A stretch of 24,446 bases of DNA, taken from the IMG/VR virus record IMGVR_UViG_3300005805_000475, positions 1 through 24,446 of that record, one strand, 5' to 3'. The translations under genes and the position numbers were made by a program. Shown piece by piece: positions 8,585 to 17,948 of the stretch. Below the pieces are notes generated by a model, which saw nothing but the letters and a program-made list of their open reading frames with translations, did no database searches and had not been told where the DNA came from. The stretch's first letter is position 1; the number at the start of each line of letters is the position of its first letter. Source of the stretch: a virus. Its lineage: Duplodnaviria > Caudoviricetes.

Positions 8585-9789
8585 TCTTCTATTTCAGTGT
8601 CAATGACATCATCTGCGTTGTCCAAATTGGTGACATCTGTTTCTATAACATCTCCACCAATTTGGAAATTCATTGCATCCTTGAAAGGTTCCAAGTAGTC
8701 TGCAACTTCTTGTTCTGTTGCTGCATCTATCAAAGCTGGACACTTGAGCAAAATATCTAAAGGCATTTCGTTTTTATCTAAAGATGCTTTAAATTTTATT
8801 TCTTCGCCATTAGAAAATCCTTCTGCGACAATAAAATTACCAGCACTTTTTGCAACAATTCTATTTGCATCAAGCAGACAAGACAAAAGACCGCTAATTG
8901 GATTAATGCCGTGTTCAAAAAGCAATTGTATGTTTTCAGTAGAAATATAAGGTCTGTGCGTCTTGTTTTTAACATTCTTTACACGAATGTTAATTCCAAG
9001 TATCTTGGTTTTTTTAGCACTAAGCCTGTACTCTATTTTTTTCATAGTTGCTGTTTCTAGCCTACACGAAGCATAAAACGGCAATGCATTCCCACCACCA
9101 GCAGTTGTTGTTGGGTTACCATACAAAACTCCAATTTTAGATCGAGTCTGATTTAGAATTACCACTGTGGCATTGTTTTTTTCCATTACAGTGTTAAGTT
9201 TTCTAAATTCTCTTGAACAAATTTTTGCTCTTTCTCCCGGCTGCTCGTTAGCTCCGACTATCCTTTTAAAATCAGCCTTAGAAGCATTTTCGGGTAAATT
9301 TACTTCCCTTAATTCTCGTGCAGATGGACTCACCCCAATAGAATCGTAAACAATTGCTATTGGAGAATCTTTTTTCTTAGTTCTAATAAATTCAATCGAT
9401 TTATACATTTTAAGAAAAACATCTTCTAATGTTTGTGGGGTATGTCTAACTATCTTGGTCAGATCACAATGAGAAGCTCTTTGAATAAACTCTTTGTTTG
9501 CGGAATTTTCACAATCTTCCAAAATTGCTATGCCACCAGTTCGCTGACAACCAAACAAAACATTTGTGCCAATCAAAGACTTAGAACTTGATGAAGGTCC
9601 ATAAATTTCAGTAAGTTTGCCACCCGGAACACCACCGCCCATGAATTTGCCACTGCATATATAATTTATAGCTAAGTTTCCACTATCTACAAAATATTTT
9701 ACACTGTCAATTTCAGAAACAATATCCCCGCCAGTTTCATCTGCCAACAGTTGAAAGAATGAATCATCTTCGACTTTTTTACGAGCCAT
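8581..9789 (-). CDS. uvsX: UvsX/RecA-like recombinase
   Basis: GGGVPGGKLTEIYGPSSSSKS, DCEN, IVYDSIG, ILNQTRSKIGVLYGNPTTTAGGGNALPFYASCRL, VKNK. Start moved from track 9837 to ATG 9789 (SD AAGGAG). Confidence 0.93.
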   Translation of the reverse strand: MARKKVEDDSFFQLLADETGGDIVSEIDSVKYFVDSGNLAINYICSGKFMGGGVPGGKLTEIYGPSSSSKSLIGTNVLFGCQRTGGIAILEDCENSANKEFIQRASHCDLTKIVRHTPQTLEDVFLKMYKSIEFIRTKKKDSPIAIVYDSIGVSPSARELREVNLPENASKADFKRIVGANEQPGERAKICSREFRKLNTVMEKNNATVVILNQTRSKIGVLYGNPTTTAGGGNALPFYASCRLETATMKKIEYRLSAKKTKILGINIRVKNVKNKTHRPYISTENIQLLFEHGINPISGLLSCLLDANRIVAKSAGNFIVAEGFSNGEEIKFKASLDKNEMPLDILLKCPALIDAATEQEVADYLEPFKDAMNFQIGGDVIETDVTNLDNADDVIDTEIED

Positions 9790-9818
9790 AATATCTCCTT
9801 TGTATTTTATTTGAATTG

Positions 9819-9859
9819 AAAAAAAGCGTGAACGCACTTATTTTGTACGCCCACGCTTT
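9819..9859 (-). terminator. Rho-independent terminator between the SSB gene and uvsX
   Basis: Minus strand AAAGCGUGGGCGUAC-aaaauaa-GUGCGUUCACGCUUUUUUU, a stem with G-U wobbles followed by a U7 tract. Confidence 0.8.
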
Positions 9860-9869
9860 GTATTAGAAT

Positions 9870-10880
9870 TTAATTAATTTCGTCTAGCTGTTTTAAAAAA
9901 TCGTCATCAGCTAAAGATTCATCTTCGCTTATTACATTTTTTGCAGCTTGTTTTTGACTTAACACTTCTTCCCTAATCGTATCAGAACCAGAAACTACTG
10001 TCTCTATAGCTGATTTAGCAGAAGAATGTTGTACTGGCGATTTTTGATAGAACTCATCTAATTCTCCAGAAGATTCTCCTTCGACAATCATTCCGGTATG
10101 AACTCTTAAAGCGTGTTTAAGTTCATCTTGAGTTTTTGTTTTTCTCAAACTTGACAAATCGTTGAGAGTGTTGAACCACTTTTCCAACTCTTCTGAAGAG
10201 CCAGCAGATGATTCGTCTTCAAACTTAGAAAAGTCGTAATTTGGATATTCTCTGTTACCGCTTTTTACAACTTTCTTTACAAGTCTGAAATCTCTGCCAT
10301 TTTTTGGATGAGTAATATCACCCAAAGATTTTTCTCCTGCAGCTTCATCGCCTAAAATAGCACGAAGTATTTTGGCATGAACCTGCTTACCGCAAGAGTA
10401 GATTTTAGGTCCAACATTAGAGACTGTATTCTTCGTTTTTGGATCTGTCTCAGATCTAACTATGACATTGTAATAATATCTTTCGACAGGCTTAAGCTCT
10501 CTAGCTTTATTTTGTAGATTTTCCTGCTCTTTGCCTGACATTCCTTCTGATTTTTGCCACAAATCAGAATAATATTTACAAATAATGCAATCGCCACGCC
10601 ATTGCTTACCTTTTTCTGTATCGACCAAATTACGCAAACAATGATAGGTTTTTTTCTGATTGGTTGTAGGATTGGTCAGCGTATGAACTCGTGTAGCACA
10701 GAAAAGGTCTTGCCCCTTTTTCTTAGGAAGAAATCGCATCATGACGAATCCATCCCTATCTGGCATTCGAACAAATTTTTGCAGGTACTCGCTGTCAGCA
10801 CCGTTTGGACCTTCAGAGTTTACTCTTTTGGCCTCTTGTCTAATTTCGTTGATATCAAGTGGTTCGTAGTCAAATCCCAT
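9870..10880 (-). CDS. T4 gp32-like single-stranded DNA-binding protein
   Basis: MRFLP, Zn ligands H...C...CIIC, RYYYNVIVR, GRDFRLVK, YPNYDFSKF, acidic tail (ADDDFLKQLDEIN). Adjacent to uvsX. Confidence 0.88.
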   Translation of the reverse strand: MGFDYEPLDINEIRQEAKRVNSEGPNGADSEYLQKFVRMPDRDGFVMMRFLPKKKGQDLFCATRVHTLTNPTTNQKKTYHCLRNLVDTEKGKQWRGDCIICKYYSDLWQKSEGMSGKEQENLQNKARELKPVERYYYNVIVRSETDPKTKNTVSNVGPKIYSCGKQVHAKILRAILGDEAAGEKSLGDITHPKNGRDFRLVKKVVKSGNREYPNYDFSKFEDESSAGSSEELEKWFNTLNDLSSLRKTKTQDELKHALRVHTGMIVEGESSGELDEFYQKSPVQHSSAKSAIETVVSGSDTIREEVLSQKQAAKNVISEDESLADDDFLKQLDEIN

Positions 10881-10937
10881 AGTTCACCTCGTAGTGTAAA
10901 AGTTAAAAAGTTTGGGCCAAATGCCCTACTTCGTTAA

Positions 10938-10967
10938 ATAGTATCATATGTAGTGTTTTGCTTGCAA
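10938..10967 (-). promoter_or_regulatory. Putative sigma70-type promoter for the SSB gene
   Basis: TTGCAA-N18-TACTAT with an extended TGn on the minus strand of the intergenic gap. Confidence 0.45.
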
Positions 10968-11001
10968 GATTAATTTATAAAAAAAACTATTCTTTTAAAA
11001 A

Positions 11002-11415
11002 TTAAATGTTGATGGAAGATTCAGGGTTTTTCAATTTTTCTTCTGACTCAACAACTTTTTTGTGCATGGCGTTAAGTTTTTCTTGAAGCGATCCATGACC
11101 TTCAGATTCCAAATTTTCAGCCAAATCTTCTCGATTTTGTTGTTCTTTCAAGAACTCCTGTTCTAATGCCTTGAGAATTTCCTGATTCTTCAACAGTTGC
11201 TCTTTAATTTTTTCATCTTGATTGTTGATTGTAGCGTCAACTTTCTTCATGTTCACAATTGGGTTCTGTTTTGGTTGCACGGATTTTTCTAACATAATTT
11301 TTTTCATTTCTTCTTTACGATCTTTTCGAATAGCTTCACGCCTTCTCAGAACTTTTTCCTTTGATTTTTTTTGTCTTTCTTTTCTTTTCTTTGCAATTTT
11401 TTCTTCTTTTCGCAT
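11002..11415 (-). CDS. Charged coiled-coil hypothetical protein
   Basis: ATG 11415 (MRKEEK) follows AGGT just past the upstream stop. Basic N-half, E/Q/K helical C-half. Track ORF 11002..11481. Confidence 0.7.
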   Translation of the reverse strand: MRKEEKIAKKRKERQKKSKEKVLRRREAIRKDRKEEMKKIMLEKSVQPKQNPIVNMKKVDATINNQDEKIKEQLLKNQEILKALEQEFLKEQQNREDLAENLESEGHGSLQEKLNAMHKKVVESEEKLKNPESSINI

Positions 11416-11422
11416 GATATAC

Positions 11423-12157
11423 CTACTTTCTAATGTTTGGGACATTATCTGATACGGCTCCACCCCAATAGAGATTTCCACCTTCTCTTTGTTTTTGACT
11501 TTCTGAAAAATTTAATTCGTTATCAGCAAGCAAACTTATATTTGCTGGAACAAAAAATTTATCACTTATTTTAATTTCTTTATTTGCATCATCTACGATT
11601 GTCAAAACCTCTCCTTGAATAGAGCTAGTTTTACTGTAAACTGCATATTTTTTATCCATCGTTAACTTATAACCTTTGCTTTTCACTTCTGGTATCATTT
11701 GAGGCTCTGGAAAAAAAACCACATTATCTATTATTCTTCTGTTGCTAGAAGTTTGACAAGTAGCTGTTAGTTCTTGTTTTTGGATTTTTTCATGAGGATA
11801 TTGCGTTTGTTTTGGTACGAGTGTATTTTCGGTTTGTGTTAAAACTTGATTTTCAACCTCTATATCTTGCACACAAAAACCACCAGATGTTTGATCAAAA
11901 GAAAATTTTTTGTTCTTAATTACAACGCCATTATCAGTTTCTCTAAAACTTATTTTTTTCTTAGCCAATTCAAATATTTCAACACCAATAACAAAAATAT
12001 CTCGCCTAGCAAGTTGTCCCATGACACTACTTGCCAATTTTTCTAAAGGCACATCCTCAAATGGATCTCCAACCTTTTTCTTTAAGGTTTTTGTTTCTTC
12101 TTTATTATAAATCCCATCTTGTTTTTCATGATAGGAGTAAATTATTTCATATCCCAC
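11423..12157 (-). CDS. Hypothetical protein
   Basis: 244-aa ORF with a GTG start after a GGGGG SD-like run. Confidence 0.75.
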   Translation of the reverse strand: MGYEIIYSYHEKQDGIYNKEETKTLKKKVGDPFEDVPLEKLASSVMGQLARRDIFVIGVEIFELAKKKISFRETDNGVVIKNKKFSFDQTSGGFCVQDIEVENQVLTQTENTLVPKQTQYPHEKIQKQELTATCQTSSNRRIIDNVVFFPEPQMIPEVKSKGYKLTMDKKYAVYSKTSSIQGEVLTIVDDANKEIKISDKFFVPANISLLADNELNFSESQKQREGGNLYWGGAVSDNVPNIRK

Positions 12158-12185
12158 GCAATCCCCCAGTCTATTAACCTAGTAA

Positions 12186-12812
12186 CTACTTAAATAAAAT
12201 GCCTGTTCCATATCTAGTTTCAAATATATTTGGATTTCTTCCTATGCTATCTGCAAAAGCATAAAATGCTTGTTTGACCGCCTTTAAATCAATTGCATTC
12301 TCGATAATTATGCATCCACTTTCTGACAGATGTTCCCAAGATGTTTCTAACATATATAAAATATGATCAAAATTACTTTCTTCATTTATAAAAACAGCAT
12401 CCCACAAACGCTCTGAAACTCGTGTATGAAAATGATCGGTTTTGATGTCACAAGTAAAATAATCAAAATCATTCTTGTAAGATTTGCGAACATTATAAAA
12501 ACCCATTCTTGGAGAGAAATATATATTTTTATCTGTTTGATGAAAAGCTAGAAAATATTCTGTCTCAGAACAAGACATAAAAAAACACTTTTCTAGCAAA
12601 CCCAAATTAAAACTTAAGTTCAATACACTCTTGGGTTTTATAAATTTGCCCAAATGATAATAAAAAGGAACATAGGTCGGATCACTATACGCTGGACTTC
12701 TTCTAGAATTTTCATCTATAAGCTTACAATCTTGCAAAAGAATTTTTCCGCTTATAAGTTGTTTTCTTAACAACTCTTTGATTTCTTTTTGAATTGATTC
12801 AAAATTTTGCAT
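12186..12812 (-). CDS. Class I SAM-methyltransferase-fold protein (Methyltransf_24-like), motifs degenerate
   Basis: IKPKSVLNLSFNLG, WDAVFINEES, WEHLSESGCIIIEN and VKQAF follow the family layout. Confidence 0.55.
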   Translation of the reverse strand: MQNFESIQKEIKELLRKQLISGKILLQDCKLIDENSRRSPAYSDPTYVPFYYHLGKFIKPKSVLNLSFNLGLLEKCFFMSCSETEYFLAFHQTDKNIYFSPRMGFYNVRKSYKNDFDYFTCDIKTDHFHTRVSERLWDAVFINEESNFDHILYMLETSWEHLSESGCIIIENAIDLKAVKQAFYAFADSIGRNPNIFETRYGTGILFK

Positions 12813-12837
12813 AAAATATTATATGCTTTAACCACGG

Positions 12838-13959
12838 ATGAAAAAAATGTACGATTTTATAATTGTTGGTGCTGGTTTTTTCGGAGCAACATTTGCAAGA
12901 AAAATAACTAACTTTGGAAAAACCTGTCTAGTCCTAGATAAAAAACCACACATAGCTGGTGCTGCTCATGATATGCCACAAGATGATTACTATGTGTCAT
13001 CATATGGCGCACATGTGTTTCATACACATAGCCAAGAAATTTGGAATTTTGTGCAGGAGTTTTCAGAATTTTTGCCTTTTATCAACAGACCCAAAGTTTT
13101 AAGTCATGGGAAAATATACTCATTTCCCATTAATTTAATGACTCTTCAACAACTCTGGGGGGTTAAAACTCCAGAAGAAGCTAAAAATATTTTGGCCAAA
13201 AAAATAATACCACACCCAAACCCCAACAACTTTGAAGAATGGGCTTTGTCCATGGTCGGCCAAGAAATTTATGAAAAGTTTTTTTATGGATATACAAAAA
13301 AACAATACATGAGAGAGCCTAAAGAATTACCTATGTCAATAATTCAAAGATTGCCAATAAGACTTACTTATGATGAAAACTATTTTACAACAAAACACCA
13401 AGGAATCCCTAAACAAGGATACACCAATCTTGTCAAAAACATGTTAGATGGCATAGATGTAGAACTCGGAATTGACTTTTTAAAACAAAAAGAAAAATTA
13501 ATGCGTTTGGCAAAACATATTGTTTACACAGGACCAATTGATGAGTTTTTTGAATTTACTTACGGAAAATTAGAATACAACACACTTAAATTTGACAAAA
13601 AAGAATTTTTAGGTGATCAACAAGGTAACGCTGTTATAAATCATGTGGATGAAACAACTCCATACTTGAGAAGCATTGAACACAGACACTTTTACAATCA
13701 TGGAGAAAGCACAAAACATTATGAAGAAAACGAAAAACCATTTACCAGCATTATCACATATGATCTACCAGCTACCTATGAAGAAAATCCAGATCCATTT
13801 TATCCAATACGAAATAAAATAAATTCTGAAATTTACCAAAAATACGCTTCAATTAGACCAACAAATGTAACATTTGGGGGAAGACTTGGAGAATACAAAT
13901 ACCTTGATATGGATCAAAGCATTGCATCGGCAATCCAAAAATCAAAAGTTTTTGAATAA
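12838..13959 (+). CDS. glf: UDP-galactopyranose mutase
   Basis: YDFIIVGAGFFGA FAD motif, YGAHVFHT, YSFPIN, GYTKKQ, RLPIR, YTGPIDEFF, PFYP, GGRLGEYKYLDMD. Confidence 0.95.
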   Translation: MKKMYDFIIVGAGFFGATFARKITNFGKTCLVLDKKPHIAGAAHDMPQDDYYVSSYGAHVFHTHSQEIWNFVQEFSEFLPFINRPKVLSHGKIYSFPINLMTLQQLWGVKTPEEAKNILAKKIIPHPNPNNFEEWALSMVGQEIYEKFFYGYTKKQYMREPKELPMSIIQRLPIRLTYDENYFTTKHQGIPKQGYTNLVKNMLDGIDVELGIDFLKQKEKLMRLAKHIVYTGPIDEFFEFTYGKLEYNTLKFDKKEFLGDQQGNAVINHVDETTPYLRSIEHRHFYNHGESTKHYEENEKPFTSIITYDLPATYEENPDPFYPIRNKINSEIYQKYASIRPTNVTFGGRLGEYKYLDMDQSIASAIQKSKVFE

Positions 13960-13967
13960 ATTAATCT

Positions 13968-14405
13968 TTATTTATAATCAAATAAATTTAAAATAACATT
14001 TGCTTCATTAAACATTTGAACAGACAAATCACAAGAACTTTTCCATCTTTTTTCGAGTTCTTGGGGAATGGATGGAGCTATACATCTTTTTATTCCACTT
14101 TGAATTATCAAACTAGCACATGCAGAACATGGCATAAAAGGATAAGTTGCTATGCTGCATCCAGTCAAATCACGATGTGCAAACATGATGGCATTTGCTT
14201 CGGCATGAATAACCATTTTATATTTGATTTCTCTGTCAGCATATCTTTGCGTATCGTCTCTTACATTTTTAGCAAATCCATTATAACCTATTGAAACAAT
14301 TCTTTTTTGATCATCAAAAATAACTGCCCCAACTTTTGTTGATGGATCTCTGCTCCAAGAAGAAATATGCTTTGCTAATTCTATGAATCTGATGTCCCAT
14401 TTCAT
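13968..14405 (-). CDS. dCMP deaminase
   Basis: SRDPSTKVGAVI, GYNG, HAEANAI and PCSAC zinc-deaminase motifs. Confidence 0.93.
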   Translation of the reverse strand: MKWDIRFIELAKHISSWSRDPSTKVGAVIFDDQKRIVSIGYNGFAKNVRDDTQRYADREIKYKMVIHAEANAIMFAHRDLTGCSIATYPFMPCSACASLIIQSGIKRCIAPSIPQELEKRWKSSCDLSVQMFNEANVILNLFDYK

Positions 14406-14941
14406 TAAATACCTTCCAATTTCTCATCATGTGCAAAAGAATTAGCTGGGTAGTTAAATTGATCTTTAGGTTCTGATAGTTTGTACACAAAGTGATAAGC
14501 ATCAAAATATCCATCTTCGTCAGCAAAGAAGTTTTTTTCAACAGATATAGCTTTAAAATTCATGCTTTTAAAAAATAAATGAGCTTCATATTTATCTTCA
14601 GATATGAAAGCATTTACATAATATCTTTTACTATGATCGTTGTCGTCTGTAGAATGTTTTATTTTTTCAATTAATTGAGAAAGCAATGCTTTGCCATAAC
14701 CACATCTACGATAATCAGGATCAATAGCCACATTTATTACATAAAAACCTTTTTGTAATAATTCGTAAATTATAAAACCAATAATTTTATTGTTTTTTTC
14801 TAAAACTTTTCCAATTTTGCCTGTCACTTGTAAACAATCAACAAAGTCTTTTTTTCTCCAAGGTTTAGGAAATGATTTTTCTTCTATTTGAACAACTGAC
14901 TCCATGTCACTTTTAGTCATCCAACGAATCTTATAATTCAT
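14405..14941 (-). CDS. RimI-like GNAT N-acetyltransferase
   Basis: IEEKSFPKPW, acetyl-CoA motif A NVAIDPDYRRCGYGKALL, KNFF...DAY. Confidence 0.85.
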   Translation of the reverse strand: MNYKIRWMTKSDMESVVQIEEKSFPKPWRKKDFVDCLQVTGKIGKVLEKNNKIIGFIIYELLQKGFYVINVAIDPDYRRCGYGKALLSQLIEKIKHSTDDNDHSKRYYVNAFISEDKYEAHLFFKSMNFKAISVEKNFFADEDGYFDAYHFVYKLSEPKDQFNYPANSFAHDEKLEGI

Positions 14942-14950
14942 TTCGCCTCT

Positions 14951-15433
14951 CTATTTTAAAAGGTCCTCTGCATTACATAAGCCATCATCTTTTTGTTCAT
15001 AAATGTCTTTGTTAAGTTTATCTAGTTCTTTTCTTAGTGTGTGACCTCTATTTTGAGCGTTGTCATGATTTTTATCCCATGCTTTGAGATACATTTTTAA
15101 AAATCCTACCGCAGACCGCCTATCTATTACTTTTTCATACATAGAAACGCATTCGCCATTAGATTGGGCTTTTGCTTTACAATATGTATCTGAACCGCCA
15201 AGATCTTTTTGAGCTATGTATAATTCATTGTATTTGGTTTCATAATTTAACTCGGCAATAGCCAGTTCTTTATTTGCAATTTCTAATTGCTTTCCGTAAT
15301 AATCAATCCAAGCATACTCTTTGTCCATATATTCAGACAAAGTGAACTCATTAAATTTCATGTTGTCGGGATCTAAAATTACTTCTTTGTTATTGACAAA
15401 TATTTTAATTTTTTCGTTTGGTATTTCTGACAT
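14951..15433 (-). CDS. uvsY: UvsY-like recombination mediator
   Basis: All-helical 160-aa protein with UvsY-like heptad layout, directly downstream of the gp41-like helicase in a UvsX/gp32 cluster. Context-weighted call. Confidence 0.6.
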   Translation of the reverse strand: MSEIPNEKIKIFVNNKEVILDPDNMKFNEFTLSEYMDKEYAWIDYYGKQLEIANKELAIAELNYETKYNELYIAQKDLGGSDTYCKAKAQSNGECVSMYEKVIDRRSAVGFLKMYLKAWDKNHDNAQNRGHTLRKELDKLNKDIYEQKDDGLCNAEDLLK

Positions 15434-15435
15434 GA

Positions 15436-16956
15436 TTATTCCTCATCAGCGTCTATAACGCTATTTTTAGTGTGTTCTTTTTTCTTCTTTTTATCAACAG
15501 AGTAGGTATCGAATGCAATTTCTTCGCTCCTACGCATTTGCACCCTAGTCATTCTTTCTTTATATGTTTCAGCACTAATTTCATACATATCTAATGTACC
15601 CATAGAAAAATCAAAAGCTATTTTAAAAGGAAATCTTGATCTTCCATTTCTATGTTTAATCACAAAACCTCTACCGCACTCTGCATCTTTTTCGATTGTT
15701 TGCTGATTAATCGACCAAAAAGCATCAAGTGGCTTAAATTGATCAAATGATGTTCCAATGTTTGATTCATCAATATATTGTGAAATTTCTAATTTGGCAG
15801 CGGTTTGATTAGGCTGAACACATGTAAGAGTACAGTGCTGTTTTTCTACACCAAAACCTCTTAAATCTCTAAGTATTCTATAAGCACTTTCGTATTTTTT
15901 CACAGTGGGATCATCTTTCATTTCTCCAACATAATCAATAATCACAAGATTAGGTTTCCAACCCATAGATTCAAGTCTAGAGCAATATCCTCTAATGCCA
16001 TTAACATCAAGAGAACCACCCGGAAATTGTTTTAATATAAATAAATTTTGATCATCTTTGTCTTTGCCAAACTCTGCAATTGTTTTTTTAACTTGATCTT
16101 TACACTCTCGTAATAAATTAATATCAATTTTTGTAAATTGACTAGTGAATCTTTGTGCTATGCCTACTTCATCCATTTCCAATGTGATATATAAAACTTT
16201 ATGTCCAAGCAAAACATTGGCAACTGCAGCTTTTACCAATGCTAAACTCTTTCCAGTTCCCGGCAAACCTATCCATGCTCCTATTTGACCCGCAAACAAT
16301 CCTCCATTTGTCAAAGCGTCATCAATTGATGGGAAACCACTGGTGAATCTTTCTTTGCCCTCAAATTGATCATCCATTCTTCTAAACATTTCATCTACAT
16401 TTAAAAAATACTCCAAACCCGGTTCGTAATTTGTATCAACATTCATGGACTCTCGCATTTTTTCATATACGAAACTCCATGTCTTTTCATCTTCGGGAGC
16501 TTCTGCCATCTTCTTGGCACATTCTCCAAATGCAACCTTGACTGCCTGAACTCGTGCAAAATATGTAACTCGCTCTAACAAATATTCACGAGTATCAACA
16601 TTAGGAACATAATAATCGTATAGAGCTTCCAATTCAGTCACATAATATAATTGAACTGAACTTTCTTTTTCTTTGAGATGACTTAAAAGTTCTTGTTTCA
16701 TAACAGAAATATGTGGCAAAACTCTTTTTTGTTCAAAATATTTAAAAAGAATATTTACAATAGTTACATGCACTTCATTGCTGAAATAAAATGATTTTAA
16801 TTTATCTAAACTCTGAATAAGCATGGTTTGATCCATAAGAAGCATACCAAGTATGCGTCTTTGAAATGTATCATCCCATGCAAATCTAGTTTTTACTGCG
16901 TCTGGATCAGAATATGAATCTAATTTAGCTTGTTCTTCAGGTGTTAATTCTCTCAT
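15436..16956 (-). CDS. Replicative DnaB-family helicase (T4 gp41-like)
   Basis: FTSGFPSIDD, GLPGTGKS, VLYITLEMD, IIDYVGEM, CVQPN, IKHRNG. AGAGGG SD. Confidence 0.93.
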   Translation of the reverse strand: MRELTPEEQAKLDSYSDPDAVKTRFAWDDTFQRRILGMLLMDQTMLIQSLDKLKSFYFSNEVHVTIVNILFKYFEQKRVLPHISVMKQELLSHLKEKESSVQLYYVTELEALYDYYVPNVDTREYLLERVTYFARVQAVKVAFGECAKKMAEAPEDEKTWSFVYEKMRESMNVDTNYEPGLEYFLNVDEMFRRMDDQFEGKERFTSGFPSIDDALTNGGLFAGQIGAWIGLPGTGKSLALVKAAVANVLLGHKVLYITLEMDEVGIAQRFTSQFTKIDINLLRECKDQVKKTIAEFGKDKDDQNLFILKQFPGGSLDVNGIRGYCSRLESMGWKPNLVIIDYVGEMKDDPTVKKYESAYRILRDLRGFGVEKQHCTLTCVQPNQTAAKLEISQYIDESNIGTSFDQFKPLDAFWSINQQTIEKDAECGRGFVIKHRNGRSRFPFKIAFDFSMGTLDMYEISAETYKERMTRVQMRRSEEIAFDTYSVDKKKKKEHTKNSVIDADEE

Positions 16957-16998
16957 GGCTACCCTCTTATTTGAATAGCCTAAATTATCACAAAAAAT

Positions 16999-17850
16999 CT
17001 ATTGTGTAAAGTTTCTTTTAGGTTTTAAAAGCGTAAATTTAATTTTCTTCTGTTTGTTCTGCAAGCCTTCAATAACATCTTTGAATCTAAAGTAAGAATC
17101 CATCCAATTTTGTGTCAGAGTATGATAAATCAAACAATCCCCGTAATATGTGTTCGTTTGAACTTCTTGCTTTGAAAAATATTTATATTTTAAATTTTTA
17201 TCCAGAACAAAAATAGAACAAGCAAGCTCCTCCCTTCCTTGAGGAGGCTCGTTCTTGTTCATAGTTACTTGATACAACCATGAACTCAATTCGTGCTTTC
17301 CATCTTTTAAATCACAACACAAATCAAAAACTTTATCACCATATTCTCGCAGCAAACCTTTGTTCCACAAAACAACACCACTATTGAAAGGACGCATAGT
17401 TACGCCCTTGTATGTCATCGAGTATCTTTCTCCAAAACAATTTTTATCAGCCACAAAATCATACTCATTTAACAAATCAAAAAAAGGAGTAATGTCACCA
17501 AAAACAAAAGTATCAGCATCTAAAAGCAAAGTTTTTTCTTCAGATGCGTGTATCAAAAACTTTCTTTGAGCAGAGCAGTAACCTTTTTCATTACCCATAT
17601 CAATGTTGTCTATCACTTGTATTTTTACATCAATAGATTTGCAAAAATCAAAAAACTCTTGCGTAGATGTTTGTGGTATTTTACCAGCACAATGTAATAA
17701 ACCACCTACATTACGATTGTTTTCGTTATTATCTTTTATGTAAAAAATATCAATAGGAATTTTTGGATTGTGCCTACGCAAAGTAATTAAACTGCACTTT
17801 GCCATAGTGAGATAAAACCAAAATTCATTTAGAATGTATACTATACGCAT
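16999..17850 (-). CDS. GT-A fold glycosyltransferase (GT8-like)
   Basis: SLITLRRHNP, LLLDADTFV (DxD), PFNSGVVLW, IYH. Confidence 0.75.
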   Translation of the reverse strand: MRIVYILNEFWFYLTMAKCSLITLRRHNPKIPIDIFYIKDNNENNRNVGGLLHCAGKIPQTSTQEFFDFCKSIDVKIQVIDNIDMGNEKGYCSAQRKFLIHASEEKTLLLDADTFVFGDITPFFDLLNEYDFVADKNCFGERYSMTYKGVTMRPFNSGVVLWNKGLLREYGDKVFDLCCDLKDGKHELSSWLYQVTMNKNEPPQGREELACSIFVLDKNLKYKYFSKQEVQTNTYYGDCLIYHTLTQNWMDSYFRFKDVIEGLQNKQKKIKFTLLKPKRNFTQ

Positions 17851-17861
17851 AAATTTTAGAA

Positions 17862-17933
17862 GGAGTGGAGGATTGCAATACTGGGTTTGGAAAAAATTTA
17901 TAATTGTGACCCGGCAACCTATTGCTCCACTCC
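17862..17933 (-). promoter_or_regulatory. GC-rich intergenic stem-loop between the sigma-like and glycosyltransferase genes
   Basis: Perfect 9-bp GGAGTGGAG/CTCCACTCC outer stem, inner CAATA/TATTG and GGGT/ACCC pairings, AT-rich loop containing TATAAAT. Confidence 0.6.
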
Positions 17934-17948
17934 GTTAGTTTAAGATAG

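Noticed and set aside
9577-9600. Inactive recombinase because Walker A reads GPSSSSKS rather than GxxxxGKT
   Set aside because: T4 UvsX also lacks the second Gly (GPSKSFKS) and is active. The other motifs are intact.
9790-9837. N-terminal extension of UvsX given by the ORF track
   Set aside because: It runs through the terminator hairpin, and a strong AAGGAG SD supports ATG 9789.
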